From a virus, in the IMG/VR virus record IMGVR_UViG_3300044475_000063, positions 1-64,000 of that record: a stretch of DNA of 64,000 nucleotides. The stretch is one strand, 5' to 3'. Made by a program: the position numbers and the translations under genes. The notes below the pieces were generated by a model, which worked only from the letters and a program-made list of their open reading frames with translations, was not told the DNA's origin and ran no database searches. This document shows, piece after piece, positions 52,068-62,808 of this stretch (positions are counted from its first letter, which is position 1; each line of letters opens with the position of its first letter).

Positions 52068-53414
52068 ATGGCACTTTTCGGGCGTACAAAACAGCAGGCG
52101 CTAGCTGCGATAGCGCGCACAAAAGATCGCAAGGGGCGTCGTCGCGTAGGTGGAGGGCAGGGGAATATTGTTCCAGCAGTTTCGCCTCTGCGTTTTGTTA
52201 CCACGCAAAACAGGATGGCTAGCGGCCTTGGAACCGTTCCTGCAAATCGTTCTGCATGGGACTTCCGTATGCCTTACGTAATCGCCAGTGGCGACGTGGA
52301 TGGTATCGTTTTCACATGGACCAATCAGAACCCAGCAGCCCCAGACTCAACCGCGCTTTCGCCTATTGTTCTGAATGACGTCTACATCGAAAACTCTAAC
52401 GCAACCGCTGCAAAACAGCTTTCGCTCGACGGACAAAGCTACCCATACACGCTGGTATCTGGAGCCAATGATATCCGGCATGTGAAATTGCTCCCATCCG
52501 ACCTTGGCGTTTCAGTTTTCACGCCCGGCGATACCTTGTACGTAAAAGGCCGTGGCAGCATGACTCCTGGTATGCAGTTCCCGAACATGGCAGACCGTAT
52601 TCCAGTATCGGACGCTAGCAAAATTTTGTGGACCCTCTACGACCCTACCGCTACTACGCCATCCGCGCTGTCAACGCCGGGAGTCCAGACGGTTGTATCG
52701 GGGGCTGCCTTCCCGATTACCAGCAGCGGCGGATTCTGCCCGTTTGCTCTCGGCACGTTTGTGCAGCCGTTGGCCTCTCGTAAGCCAACGTTTGCCGGCT
52801 TCGGCGACAGTAATTTGTTTGGCTTCCGGGATACCGCCCTTTTGTACCATGGAAAAGGCGAATTCCAGCGCATGCTTACTGGCAACGGAACGAATAGCGA
52901 CCTCATGGCAGGCGGGAATTTCTCTGTGACTGGTTACACGATTCAGCAGATTAACCACCCAAAAATCATCTACTGGAGCCAGTTTGCGGACAAGATTATT
53001 GATGAAGTTCTGGTCAATTCGTTTGGCTCCACTGGTGTAACCGACCAAGCCACTATTCGGCCTATTAAACAAGCTCTATGGGACGCCTATAAATCAGCAA
53101 ACCCAAATGCTACGGTGTATAGCTGCGATGTCGGCCCGCGCACTAATGGTGCATGGACACTTGCAGATCAGTCGGACCAAACTTATTTTGCTGGCTTTGG
53201 TCCGGGCGGCAACATTGAGACGTTCCGCACATGGTTTATTGCACAGGCCGGGCTGCCGAACACCTACAACACGCTGGTGCAGTTCACTGCATGGCGCGGC
53301 AGTCCAGACCCGCTGAAATGGCCGGGGGGTGGCCTTACTGATGACGGCACTCACGCGCTATCAACGACCGTAGCAGCAAAAGCAGCACAACTGCGTAGTA
53401 TTGTTTTGTCTTGA
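52068..53414 (+). CDS. virion-associated protein: same basic N-terminal leader + SGNH/GDSL-type esterase
   Basis: Leader MALFGRTKQQALAAIARTKDRKGRRRVGGG. FAGFGDSNLFG (block I) and DDGTHAL (block V). Confidence 0.6.
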   Translation: MALFGRTKQQALAAIARTKDRKGRRRVGGGQGNIVPAVSPLRFVTTQNRMASGLGTVPANRSAWDFRMPYVIASGDVDGIVFTWTNQNPAAPDSTALSPIVLNDVYIENSNATAAKQLSLDGQSYPYTLVSGANDIRHVKLLPSDLGVSVFTPGDTLYVKGRGSMTPGMQFPNMADRIPVSDASKILWTLYDPTATTPSALSTPGVQTVVSGAAFPITSSGGFCPFALGTFVQPLASRKPTFAGFGDSNLFGFRDTALLYHGKGEFQRMLTGNGTNSDLMAGGNFSVTGYTIQQINHPKIIYWSQFADKIIDEVLVNSFGSTGVTDQATIRPIKQALWDAYKSANPNATVYSCDVGPRTNGAWTLADQSDQTYFAGFGPGGNIETFRTWFIAQAGLPNTYNTLVQFTAWRGSPDPLKWPGGGLTDDGTHALSTTVAAKAAQLRSIVLS

Positions 53415-53484
53415 TATTTAGACATAAAAACAGAAATCTTCTGCAAGGTTATAATCTAATTTCATCATCACTACGGAGAATCAA

Positions 53485-53772
53485 ATGAAAATCGAAAACA
53501 TTAGCGCACGTCTGTACATTCTTTCGGATGGTACTAAGCTGATCCCTAACGAAACTACCAAAGGCGTTTCTGACAGTCTTGCAAAAGAAGTCGAGGGCAT
53601 CAAAGAACTAAAGGTGACGCAAGAAACTAAGGCTCAAGAAGTTGAGTTCAAGGAAGTACCAACTACTGTCAAGGAACTGAAAGCGGCGCTTGATAGTCTG
53701 AATGTTGAGTACGCATCGAATGCCGACAAGGCTGAACTGCAAGCCCTGTACGACGAAAACAAAGCCAAGTAA
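53485..53772 (+). CDS. hypothetical structural-module protein (copy 2)
   Basis: Paralog of 3744..4031. Confidence 0.6.
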   Translation: MKIENISARLYILSDGTKLIPNETTKGVSDSLAKEVEGIKELKVTQETKAQEVEFKEVPTTVKELKAALDSLNVEYASNADKAELQALYDENKAK

Positions 53773-53774
53773 TC

Positions 53775-54194
53775 ATGACGACCGCGCTGGAATATTTTCG
53801 CATCATCGGCAAGCAGTTCGCCGCGCTATCTGACGCTGAGGTACAGGCATGGTTAGATATGGCGACGACACTTGGTGCTGCCGGTTGTCTCTTGGGCGAT
53901 CCGGCTAACCTTGCTACGGCGCTTTATGCTGCACACTTGCTGCAACTAGATGCGGAGAATTCCAGCGGCGAAGGCGGGCGCGGGCCTGTGAAGTCAGAGA
54001 AAGAAGGCGACTTGGCCCGCTCCTATGGTACTGGCGGCTATACCGATGGCTGGCTAGGTTCCACAGGCTACGGGCAACAGTACGCAAACATGCAGCTTGG
54101 ATGCACTGGCGCTACGATCATGACGCGCTATGGTCAAGATATCCCACAAGGAATCGAGGTAATCAATGGCCTCCCGCCATACTACAGACCGTGA
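53775..54194 (+). CDS. head completion protein, DUF4054-like (copy 2)
   Basis: Paralog of 4034..4453. Confidence 0.55.
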   Translation: MTTALEYFRIIGKQFAALSDAEVQAWLDMATTLGAAGCLLGDPANLATALYAAHLLQLDAENSSGEGGRGPVKSEKEGDLARSYGTGGYTDGWLGSTGYGQQYANMQLGCTGATIMTRYGQDIPQGIEVINGLPPYYRP

Positions 54195-54624
54195 TTTGGG
54201 CCTAAAGCGCTTCATGCGAGAACTTCAGAAGGCGCGAGTCACTGAGGTTGTAGTGGGTGTGCAGCAAGGCTCTGATAACGCCGATGGTGAATCTATTGCT
54301 GAGTATGCCGCATACAATGAGTTCGGCACAGAAAAGATTCCTGAGCGCTCTTTTATGCGCTCAGCGTTTGATGAAAACGTAAATGACCTGAGCAATCAAC
54401 TGGATCGAAGCTATGCGCAGATTCAAGCAGGAACGATGACCGTTTATCGTGCGCTCGGCTTAGTCGGTTTGCGCCATCAAGATCAGATACAGCACAAGAT
54501 TGATACGAACGTGCCGCCGCCCAATGCGCCAGCAACGATTGCAGCTAAAGGATCAAGCCACACGCTGATTGACACAGGCGCTATGCGCGCTTCAATTCGA
54601 TACATTATCAGGCCCGTACGATGA
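54166..54624 (+). CDS. HK97 gp10-like protein (copy 2)
   Basis: Paralog of 4425..4883. Confidence 0.5.
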   Translation: MASRHTTDRDLGLKRFMRELQKARVTEVVVGVQQGSDNADGESIAEYAAYNEFGTEKIPERSFMRSAFDENVNDLSNQLDRSYAQIQAGTMTVYRALGLVGLRHQDQIQHKIDTNVPPPNAPATIAAKGSSHTLIDTGAMRASIRYIIRPVR

Positions 54625-54959
54625 GTTTTAGAAAGCCACAAACGATTATCCGCACTACGCCGGGACAGTATGCCGATGGCAAGTGGGTAGAAGGCGCACA
54701 AGTTACTGTGCCTATTTTGGCATCGGTTCAGCCTGTAACGGCAGAAGATCAGATCGTCATGCCAGCCGGTAAGCGATTGTCAGACTACGTGAAGCTTTAC
54801 ACCTCGACGGAGCTAATCCCGTTGAGTGAAGGTAGTCAGCAGCAGCCTGACCGCTTAGTTTGGCGCGGCAAGGAATATGAATGTATTGAGCTTGGAGTAC
54901 GACAGATGCGGGTAATTGACCACTTCAAAGCGATCTTCTCATTGGTGCAGCAATCATGA
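54621..54959 (+). CDS. neck/tail-completion protein (copy 2)
   Basis: Paralog of 4880..5218. Confidence 0.55.
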   Translation: MSFRKPQTIIRTTPGQYADGKWVEGAQVTVPILASVQPVTAEDQIVMPAGKRLSDYVKLYTSTELIPLSEGSQQQPDRLVWRGKEYECIELGVRQMRVIDHFKAIFSLVQQS

Positions 54960-55474
54960 TTTCAGATACCGTATTGCAGCGCCTAATTGTGCAAATCAGC
55001 GGCGAACCATCCGGCAAAGTTATCTGGATGAATGAGAATGCGCCGCGCCCCGTTTTGCCATATCTGGCGATTCGGGTTAGCCCTGCGCGCCGCATCAACA
55101 AAGACCGCTATTCAGACGTAGATGCTAACGGAATTCAGACGGTAGTAGGCGACCGAGAATTTACCTTGAGTGTGCAAGCGTTCGGCTACGATAGCCCTGT
55201 CTCGTACTTGCAAGACTTTGCCGACAAGCTGCAACTAATCACGAACAATGACCGCTTCCGCGCCCAAGGAATGGCTTTGCGCGATACAAGTACGGTCATG
55301 GATATTTCTTCGTTGCTGAGCAATACTAAAATCGAGAAACGCGCCAATCTAGATTTGACTATCGGCTATCGCTCGGTGCAGACGGATAATGTGGGCGTCA
55401 TCGAAACCGCAAACATCGAGGGGCGCGACAATGGTATTAATTCGCCCGTTTATACCATCATCGCTAACGTTTAA
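54956..55474 (+). CDS. neck/tail terminator-like protein (copy 2)
   Basis: Paralog of 5215..5733. Confidence 0.55.
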   Translation: MISDTVLQRLIVQISGEPSGKVIWMNENAPRPVLPYLAIRVSPARRINKDRYSDVDANGIQTVVGDREFTLSVQAFGYDSPVSYLQDFADKLQLITNNDRFRAQGMALRDTSTVMDISSLLSNTKIEKRANLDLTIGYRSVQTDNVGVIETANIEGRDNGINSPVYTIIANV

Positions 55475-55558
55475 ATCAGAAATAGCAATTGTTTTTACCT
55501 ATTGAAATTAAAGGTATAATCAGTTTTATCTAAACCACGTTTGATAGGAAGCCCGAGA

Positions 55559-56890
55559 ATGGCTACTCTCCAAGACATCACAAATGTAGTTATTACTTTG
55601 AACACTGCTTCTGTTCAGCGTGGTAACTTTGGTATTCCCCTGATTGCTGCTCCTTTGGCGTCTTTCTCTGAGCGAGTCCGTAGCTACACGGATTATGACG
55701 CTCTGAATCCAGATAACCTCCCGGCAAATGTGCAAACCGCACTGTCGGACGCATTCGGCCAAACACCTCGCCCTTCCGTGGTTAAAGTAGGCCGCTTGAG
55801 CATTGCAAGCGTGGTTATTACGCCTGTTGATGCAACGCCTAACGGCGTGTACTCGCTGAACGTAGGCGCTACGCTTGTTTCGGTGACTGCCGTTGCATCG
55901 CCAACCACTACCACTATCGCCGCGCAGCTTGCAGCCGCGATTACTACTGCGCTTGGCGCTGGTGGCACGGCAACCGCATCCGGCGCTAACGTGACGATTA
56001 CTTACAGCGGCAATGTTATCCCGCTAACCAACTTCGTAAAAGTGGCATTCGGCATGATTACCCCATCGTCTACTGCTGGTATCGTCGCAACCGATCTGGC
56101 TGCAATCCAAGCTGCTGATAGCGTTTGGTACTTCCTGATTATGGCGGAGCGTACCAAGCAACGCGTACTAGATGCTGCTGCATGGGTTGAGACGCAAGAC
56201 AAGATGTTCTTCGCCGCAGCAGACGAGGCTGCGATTCTGACTCAAGGCGGCACTACTGACCTTCTGGCGCAATTGAAGGCGCTGAACTATTTCCGAACTG
56301 TTGGCGCATATCACAGCACCGCAGCGACCGAATACGCCGATGCCGCATGGGTTGGCCGCGTCTCGCCTACTCAGCCGGGTTCGGAAACTTGGGCGCTGAA
56401 ACGCCTTGCTAGCGTCACTAGCGACAATCTGTCGAAAACCGATCAAACTACGATCTTTGGCAAAGGCGGCAATACCTTTGAGCGCTATAGCGATCAATTC
56501 TCGCTGACCAATCTGGGTAAAGTTGCTGCTGGTGAGTGGATCGACGTTATCCGCTTCCGCGACTGGCTGAAAGATTACATTCAGACGAGCATGGTTCAAC
56601 TGATGGTGAACCGTGACAAGATTCCGTACACCGATGCGGGTATCCAACTGCTGGCAACCAATCTGCGCGCCTCGCTGCGCCAAGGTCAGACCGTTGGCGG
56701 CATCGCACCGGATGAAACCGCAGAGGATGGCACCAAACGTCCCGGCTTCAATATTACTGTGCCTCGCGCTTCGGAAGTTGACGACGCAACCAAAGCATCG
56801 CGCATCGTCTATCTGAAATTCAACGCCCGCATCGCTGGCGCTATCCATGTAGCCGATATTAACGGCGCGCTGGCTTACAGCCTTGACTAA
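55559..56890 (+). CDS. tail sheath protein (copy 2)
   Basis: The ATG at 55559 matches the copy-1 start (MATL..). Confidence 0.8.
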   Translation: MATLQDITNVVITLNTASVQRGNFGIPLIAAPLASFSERVRSYTDYDALNPDNLPANVQTALSDAFGQTPRPSVVKVGRLSIASVVITPVDATPNGVYSLNVGATLVSVTAVASPTTTTIAAQLAAAITTALGAGGTATASGANVTITYSGNVIPLTNFVKVAFGMITPSSTAGIVATDLAAIQAADSVWYFLIMAERTKQRVLDAAAWVETQDKMFFAAADEAAILTQGGTTDLLAQLKALNYFRTVGAYHSTAATEYADAAWVGRVSPTQPGSETWALKRLASVTSDNLSKTDQTTIFGKGGNTFERYSDQFSLTNLGKVAAGEWIDVIRFRDWLKDYIQTSMVQLMVNRDKIPYTDAGIQLLATNLRASLRQGQTVGGIAPDETAEDGTKRPGFNITVPRASEVDDATKASRIVYLKFNARIAGAIHVADINGALAYSLD

Positions 56891-56904
56891 TCAGGAGAAA
56901 ACAA

Positions 56905-57333
56905 ATGAGTGCAGGTGATGTGCAACGTACTTATGACCCGCAACAGGTGATTATCACTGTTGGCGGTGCAATTGTAAGTGGCTTTACGGACGGCGACTTT
57001 ATTACCGTAAGATATGACGAAGAACGCTACAACGTTAAGGCAGGCGCTGATGGCGAGGTAGCACGAGCCAAGAATGCTAACCGTATGGGGACATTTGAAA
57101 TTACCCTTTCGGCTACTAGTGCTGCAAATGCTGAATTGTCGGCGCTGTTCAATCTGGAAATGCTCGGCGGCTTTGACGTAGTTCTGCCTGTTGCTGTGGC
57201 TGACTTGTCTGGAACTTCTGGCGCCTTTGCTTCCAAGTGCTGGATTAAGCAAGCGCCTGATTTCACTCGTGGCAAGGAGGTAGCAGACCAGACGTGGGCT
57301 ATTTCGGCTGCTGATTTGACCATTTCGTACTAA
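56905..57333 (+). CDS. tail tube protein (copy 2)
   Basis: Paralog of 7658..8086. Confidence 0.75.
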   Translation: MSAGDVQRTYDPQQVIITVGGAIVSGFTDGDFITVRYDEERYNVKAGADGEVARAKNANRMGTFEITLSATSAANAELSALFNLEMLGGFDVVLPVAVADLSGTSGAFASKCWIKQAPDFTRGKEVADQTWAISAADLTISY

Positions 57334-57361
57334 GTAGTAACCTCACCATCACGGAGAACAA

Positions 57362-57823
57362 ATGCAACGCGAAACTTTTATCATCGGTAACAAAGAATTC
57401 TCGGCAATGAAGATCGCGCCGTTCCAGGCGAACTCTATTGCTTTGAAACTGCAAAAGATCATCCTGCCAGTATTGGGTGAATTCACTGGTGGCGGCAAAG
57501 GCAACTTGATGGATATGGATATCAGCGGCCCGCTTAAAACGCTGTCTGAGAGCCTTGACGACAAGGTTATGACTGATATCGTGCTGCCGATGTTTAAAGC
57601 CTCTGGCGTGGTTTGCGTAAGCGAGAACGTCAAGGTTGATAGCGAAGGCGCTATCAATAAAGTATTCGTTGACGCCGATGGCTTGGCTGATCTATACGAA
57701 CTGATTTACGAAGTCGCCATGTTCAACTTCAAGCCTTTTTTTATCAAGCTGAAGGACCGCTTTGGAGCCAGCGTTACCGGAGCAAATCAAGCGGAATTGA
57801 CTTCAGCCGTTGCGGCAGTCTAA
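57362..57823 (+). CDS. tail assembly chaperone (copy 2)
   Basis: Paralog of 8115..8576. Confidence 0.7.
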   Translation: MQRETFIIGNKEFSAMKIAPFQANSIALKLQKIILPVLGEFTGGGKGNLMDMDISGPLKTLSESLDDKVMTDIVLPMFKASGVVCVSENVKVDSEGAINKVFVDADGLADLYELIYEVAMFNFKPFFIKLKDRFGASVTGANQAELTSAVAAV

Positions 57824-58005
57824 GCCCTACGTTGCAAGATGAGCTTTGGCTATGGCGTCCAATACTAGCTGGGAAATGCACGCTAGAGGGAGTTAAAAGC
57901 GGAGTAGTGACAGTAGAGGATTTGCTTAAGCTAAATGCTTTGCTTGATATGTCTGAATGCTACCAAGCCTATGCAGATGAGAAATCGAAAAGCAGCCGGA
58001 AATGA
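57362..58005 (+). CDS. tail assembly chaperone -1 frameshift fusion (copy 2)
   Basis: T7 slippery run at 57736-57742. The -1 frame is open to TGA 58003-58005. Confidence 0.6.
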
Positions 58006-58019
58006 CCGGCTGTTTTTTT
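57993..58019 (+). terminator. intrinsic terminator before tape measure gene (copy 2)
   Basis: Same hairpin plus T7 as 8746..8772. Confidence 0.7.
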
Positions 58020-58030
58020 AAGGAAGAGAG

Positions 58031-59815
58031 ATGATTGTACGGGAGCTTTTAAGTCGCTTCACTTTCGCGGTTAATGAAAGCCAATTGCGCCGCTATGAGC
58101 AAGGCGTGAATAACTTCCGTCGCCAAGCAGACGAGGCTGCGGAATCGTTCCGTAATATCTTCTTGGCCTTTGCTGGCTTTGGCGCTTTGCGCTCTATTGC
58201 GCATGTCGCAGATGATATGCAATCGCTTGAGGCCCGAGTAGGCCAATTGCCGCAAACGATCACGAGTGCTGCTGATGCTTTCGACGTTGTTACGGCCAGC
58301 GCAAGCGCCGCACGTCAATCTATTGACGCATACACCAACTTCTACATTAAGCTGCAACACGCTGGCAAAGATTTCATCAAGACCCAAGAGGAAGGGCTTT
58401 TGATTACTGATACGATCAGTAAAGCCCTTATTCTTGGCGGCGCTACGGCGCAAGAGCAAGCTTCTACGCTGCTCCAATTTGGCCAAGCAATCGGCTCAAA
58501 TGTGCTGCAAGGCGATGAGTTCCGCGCCCTTGCGGAATCCGCGCCTCAATTGGTCGATGCAATTGGTAAGCAACTAGGAATTGCTCGTGCTGACCTGAAA
58601 AAATACGCTAGTGAAGGAAAGCTAACCTCTAAAGTAGTAGTAGAGGCGGTGAAAGCTATTTCTAGCCAGTTCGATGACAGGTTCAAAGAAATGCCGCTGA
58701 CTATCGGATCAGCAACAACTATCGTTGCTAACCGATGGGCTGTATTTATCAATCGCTTGAATCGTGAAAGTTCTGCCGTCACAAAAACTGCTAATTTTTT
58801 CTTGAAGTCGTTTGATACCATCGAAAAAGGTTTGGCGGATATGGTCAAGTTCTTCGGAGGCGCAACCAATACTCTCAAGTTCTTCGGTATCGCCTTGGCT
58901 GCTGCATTGGCTCCGTTCGTGTTCCGCACTGCTGCGGGAGCAATCGCATTCCTGCTTTCTCCTATGGGCCTATTACTGGCTTCGCTGCTGCTGCTTGGCT
59001 TGGCTATTGAGGACTTCTACCAATGGATGACAGGCGGTAAATCTGTATTCCAAGAGTGGTTTGGCAACTTTGATGATGCCAAGAAAAAGCTTGATGAATA
59101 TAGTGGCTGGATTCAGGCAGTGAAAATTGCTGTTGTATCCGCTGTTGGTGTGATGGTTGCAAATTGGATTTGGGCTGCTGGCATTGCCATAGTGAGTGCT
59201 GGGCAAGCATTTGGTGCTTGGATAGCTGGCCTTGTACGTTTTGGTATTGCAATGGCAGTTAATTTATTAGCAGTTGGCGCTTGGGTTGTAGGAATTTTGG
59301 CGCAAACCGCAATTCTTGTGGCTGGTTGGATTGCATCATTCGTAAGTATGGCGCTGGCTGCTGCACCAGTGATTTTACCAATCCTAGCAATTATCGCTGC
59401 TATAGCATTGGTTGTATCAGGTATTTACTACCTGTACAAAAATTGGAATAAAGTATGGACAGGAATAAAAGATATAGCATCTAATGTATGGGATGGTATA
59501 TCAGGCGGATTTAGTGCTATGGTAAATAAGTTAAAAGTCTACTGGAATTCTTTTAAATCATTCTTCGGAATGAAGGTAGATACAACTATCGGCGCAACTG
59601 GAACAGCACCTGTTGTTACTCCTACCGTTGCTGCTGGGGCTGCTGTTTCTGCTGGTGGAGTTGCTGGCGGTAATTCATCTGTTGTTATTAATCAGACTTT
59701 GCCACCAGGAAGCCCGGCGGAAACAGCAGAAGCAGCTAGGGTAGCAACTCAACAGGCTTTGGATGATGCAGCAATTAGCCGTTTATCTCGGCAGATGGGG
59801 CAGGTAGGTGGATGA
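58031..59815 (+). CDS. tail tape measure protein (copy 2)
   Basis: 594 aa paralog. Confidence 0.9.
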   Translation: MIVRELLSRFTFAVNESQLRRYEQGVNNFRRQADEAAESFRNIFLAFAGFGALRSIAHVADDMQSLEARVGQLPQTITSAADAFDVVTASASAARQSIDAYTNFYIKLQHAGKDFIKTQEEGLLITDTISKALILGGATAQEQASTLLQFGQAIGSNVLQGDEFRALAESAPQLVDAIGKQLGIARADLKKYASEGKLTSKVVVEAVKAISSQFDDRFKEMPLTIGSATTIVANRWAVFINRLNRESSAVTKTANFFLKSFDTIEKGLADMVKFFGGATNTLKFFGIALAAALAPFVFRTAAGAIAFLLSPMGLLLASLLLLGLAIEDFYQWMTGGKSVFQEWFGNFDDAKKKLDEYSGWIQAVKIAVVSAVGVMVANWIWAAGIAIVSAGQAFGAWIAGLVRFGIAMAVNLLAVGAWVVGILAQTAILVAGWIASFVSMALAAAPVILPILAIIAAIALVVSGIYYLYKNWNKVWTGIKDIASNVWDGISGGFSAMVNKLKVYWNSFKSFFGMKVDTTIGATGTAPVVTPTVAAGAAVSAGGVAGGNSSVVINQTLPPGSPAETAEAARVATQQALDDAAISRLSRQMGQVGG

Positions 59816-60468
59816 GTGAGCAAGTAGGGATTCTGTTTAGGGATGGGAAACCATTATCTAGGTTTGAATCTGATCTATTTTCCATGGAGTTTGACGCTGT
59901 TCTTACAGAGGGCCACTCATGGTCAAATGATATTACGTCTAACCCTGTAGAGCGTGGCGTAGATGTTACTGACCATATCCGCGAGATTCCAGATCAAATT
60001 ACACTTGTTGGGTTTGTTACTAATACGCCTTTTCTTGAAGGCGTAGATACAAACACAATTACAGATGACGACGAGGATAAAGTACAAGCAATAATTGATA
60101 GGATGCGTCTTATCAGGGCAGAAAGATCAACTGTAGTCATATATACTAAATATGTTCAATATAAAGATATGGCTATTAAGTCAATAGACTTTACGCGTGA
60201 TTCAAGCAATACAAATTCTGTAATTTTCACAATACAATTCCAGAATATAAAATTGGTTGAAACACAAACAGTTGATGTTCCTGCTGGTATAAGCAAAAAA
60301 CTAGACAAAAAATCTGGCGATGCGGTAAAGAAAAAAACTGAGCCACAAAAGGCAGGCGGGGCAAAGCAGCCGAAGGAGCCTGAAAAGGCAAGTTCCGTAC
60401 TTTCAAACACTTTGCCAAAACTAAAAGATTTTATTTTGGGGAAACAGCCAACAATCCCAGGATCGTAA
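59812..60468 (+). CDS. tail/baseplate protein (copy 2)
   Basis: Paralog of 10571..11227. Confidence 0.55.
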   Translation: MSEQVGILFRDGKPLSRFESDLFSMEFDAVLTEGHSWSNDITSNPVERGVDVTDHIREIPDQITLVGFVTNTPFLEGVDTNTITDDDEDKVQAIIDRMRLIRAERSTVVIYTKYVQYKDMAIKSIDFTRDSSNTNSVIFTIQFQNIKLVETQTVDVPAGISKKLDKKSGDAVKKKTEPQKAGGAKQPKEPEKASSVLSNTLPKLKDFILGKQPTIPGS

Positions 60469-60473
60469 TAATC

Positions 60474-60839
60474 ATGACAATAGCATTTGAAATACCATTA
60501 CTTTCTGAAACTGCGGATCAAACGCTAGATATCACGATTGATAGCATTCCTTACACAATGCGCGTATTGTGGAATGTGCGCTTTGAATACTTCTCTCTAA
60601 GCATCTATGAGAAGGGAGGCGATGCTATCCTGACCAATGTTAAGATGGTTCCATACTTCCCACTGGTAGGCATATATAGGAAATTTCCTTTTGCTGGCGA
60701 TCTTTATTTTCTTCATCGTGGTGGAAAGACCTATCGCCCAGGATATGAGGATATTGGAGGATCGGCCTATGGGCTGTACTACTACGATCCAGAAACGCCG
60801 ATTGAGTACCCTATACCTTTAGAGCCTGTGGAGCCTTGA
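60474..60839 (+). CDS. tail/baseplate protein (copy 2)
   Basis: Paralog of 11234..11599. Confidence 0.55.
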   Translation: MTIAFEIPLLSETADQTLDITIDSIPYTMRVLWNVRFEYFSLSIYEKGGDAILTNVKMVPYFPLVGIYRKFPFAGDLYFLHRGGKTYRPGYEDIGGSAYGLYYYDPETPIEYPIPLEPVEP

Positions 60840-60840
60840 T

Positions 60841-61773
60841 ATGCCATTGTTCAATAGGGTTGCTGAGTTGGTTGTAGGCCAATCAGGCAAGGAAGGCTTG
60901 CTCATTAAGGATTTGCGTATTTCATTTTCGATTGAGAAGACGCTCACGGAGACGCTTAACACGTCAACAGTTCGCATCTACAACCTGAATCCGACCTCGC
61001 GCAAGCTGGTGGAGACGCCAAACAATGCGGTTATATTGAAAGCTGGATATAGTCAGGACAAAGGGGCGCTGACAATCTTTGTTGGAATCGTGCGCCGCTC
61101 CTTGACAGTGCGCGAGGGTGTTGATTGGGTGACTGAGCTAGAGCTTGATGACGGACTGATTGCATACCGTGACAGCAAGTTTTCGACTAGCTTTGCTCCG
61201 GGCGCAAAAGGCGTTGATGTTCTTAAGCAGGTCGCTGATAAATTCGGCATTACTGTAGGCAAGCTGCCGGATGCAATCGAGCAAAAGATTTACCCTAACG
61301 GCTTCTCGTTCGTTGGCCGCGCTCGTGACGCTATGGCAAAGGTCTGCAATTACTTGGGCCTTGAATGGTCGATTCAAAATCAGACTATTCAAGTTCTGAA
61401 AAAAGGCGGCTACCGAGAGCGCACGGCAATTGTCATTTCACCAGAAACCGGCATGATTAAGTCGCCGCAGCTTGAGGCTAAGACGATGAGTGATAAGCTA
61501 GCAGCAAAGCAGGGCTTGACGACGAATAGCGCAGGCGTAGTGACAAAGAAATCAGATAAACTGACTGTCAGCGGGAATCCGCCAAAAGACCGCCTTGAGG
61601 TGCAGGGATACAAGGTTGAGACTCTTATGCAGCCTACTATCTTGCCTGGTGACGTAGTTAAGATCAAAGCAGAAGGTGTTGATAACTTCTTTAAAGTGGA
61701 GAAAGTTACCCATCAAGGAGATACTCATGGTGATGAATGGGTATCCGAATGCAGCGTACGATTTATAAGTTGA
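60841..61773 (+). CDS. baseplate hub-like protein (copy 2)
   Basis: Paralog of 11601..12533. Confidence 0.55.
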   Translation: MPLFNRVAELVVGQSGKEGLLIKDLRISFSIEKTLTETLNTSTVRIYNLNPTSRKLVETPNNAVILKAGYSQDKGALTIFVGIVRRSLTVREGVDWVTELELDDGLIAYRDSKFSTSFAPGAKGVDVLKQVADKFGITVGKLPDAIEQKIYPNGFSFVGRARDAMAKVCNYLGLEWSIQNQTIQVLKKGGYRERTAIVISPETGMIKSPQLEAKTMSDKLAAKQGLTTNSAGVVTKKSDKLTVSGNPPKDRLEVQGYKVETLMQPTILPGDVVKIKAEGVDNFFKVEKVTHQGDTHGDEWVSECSVRFIS

Positions 61774-61774
61774 T

Positions 61775-62449
61775 ATGGCAGAAGAAACTAATGACTTCGT
61801 AGCGAGCCTGCGAACCCTAATTCAAAGCGAACTACTGGACTTCAATACGTCCGTAGAAGGCACTGTGCGAGCCTATGCAAACGGCTTGGCTACGGTTCTT
61901 CCTGACGCTACTAAACGATTTGCAGACGGCGATACGCTGCCCTTCCCCCAGCTTTTCCAAGTTCCCATCCGTTGGCCTTCTTTTAATGGTGGAAGTTGCG
62001 GCATCAAAGGCCCGATTCGTGTAGGTGATAAAGTTCTAGTAGTGTTCGCGCAGCAAGCACGAGATGGGACTGACGACGAACGCCGCTTTGATATGACTGA
62101 TGCCTACGCTATCCCATGCGGAAATGCACAAGCTGGTCAGGCATCAAACAATGCTGACATGATTATGTGGTTTGGTGATGCGTATATCAAATTGACAGAA
62201 AGCGGCGCTCTTGAGATTAATGCCCCAGGCGGCAGTAAGATTATCACGCCAAACAATGAATTTACCGGAAATAATAAAGTTGATGGAAATCAGCAGACTA
62301 TCGGGACAACAACTAATACTGGAGCAACTGCAATGAATGGCGGATTTAGTAGCATTGGCTCTGCAACCAATGATGGTAAAAACATTGGTGACGATCATCG
62401 CCATAGCGGCGTACAAACTGGCACTGGTCAGTCTGGTCCAGTTGTATAA
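61775..62449 (+). CDS. baseplate central spike with extended C-terminal tip
   Basis: 224 aa. C-terminus ..GDDHRHSGVQTGTGQSGPVV is absent from copy 1. Confidence 0.65.
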   Translation: MAEETNDFVASLRTLIQSELLDFNTSVEGTVRAYANGLATVLPDATKRFADGDTLPFPQLFQVPIRWPSFNGGSCGIKGPIRVGDKVLVVFAQQARDGTDDERRFDMTDAYAIPCGNAQAGQASNNADMIMWFGDAYIKLTESGALEINAPGGSKIITPNNEFTGNNKVDGNQQTIGTTTNTGATAMNGGFSSIGSATNDGKNIGDDHRHSGVQTGTGQSGPVV

Positions 62450-62457
62450 TCTAGAAT

Positions 62458-62808
62458 ATGAACGATTTAGCCCTAGACCCTGCAACTGGAGATCTTTCCA
62501 TAGTTGGCTTTGAACTTTATGTAGTTCAAGGCGCTGATGCTGTACGACAACAGCTTGATATGAAATTATCGCTATGGACTGGCGCATGGTTTCTGGATAC
62601 TGAGTTTGGTACACCATATTTGGATAGTGTCTTGGGCAAACAAGTAAGTTTGAATGGTGCTATATCAGCGCTTAAAAAGTCGATCCTTGAAGTTCAAGAC
62701 GTGGATAAAATTACACAATTCAATTTCAGTTTTGATCGACAGCAACGGAAAATAAGCGTTTCTTTTGAATGCTCAACGGCATACGGACTAATTAGGACTA
62801 GCACATGA
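62458..62808 (+). CDS. baseplate protein DUF2634-like (copy 2)
   Basis: Paralog of 13517..13870. Confidence 0.65.
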   Translation: MNDLALDPATGDLSIVGFELYVVQGADAVRQQLDMKLSLWTGAWFLDTEFGTPYLDSVLGKQVSLNGAISALKKSILEVQDVDKITQFNFSFDRQQRKISVSFECSTAYGLIRTST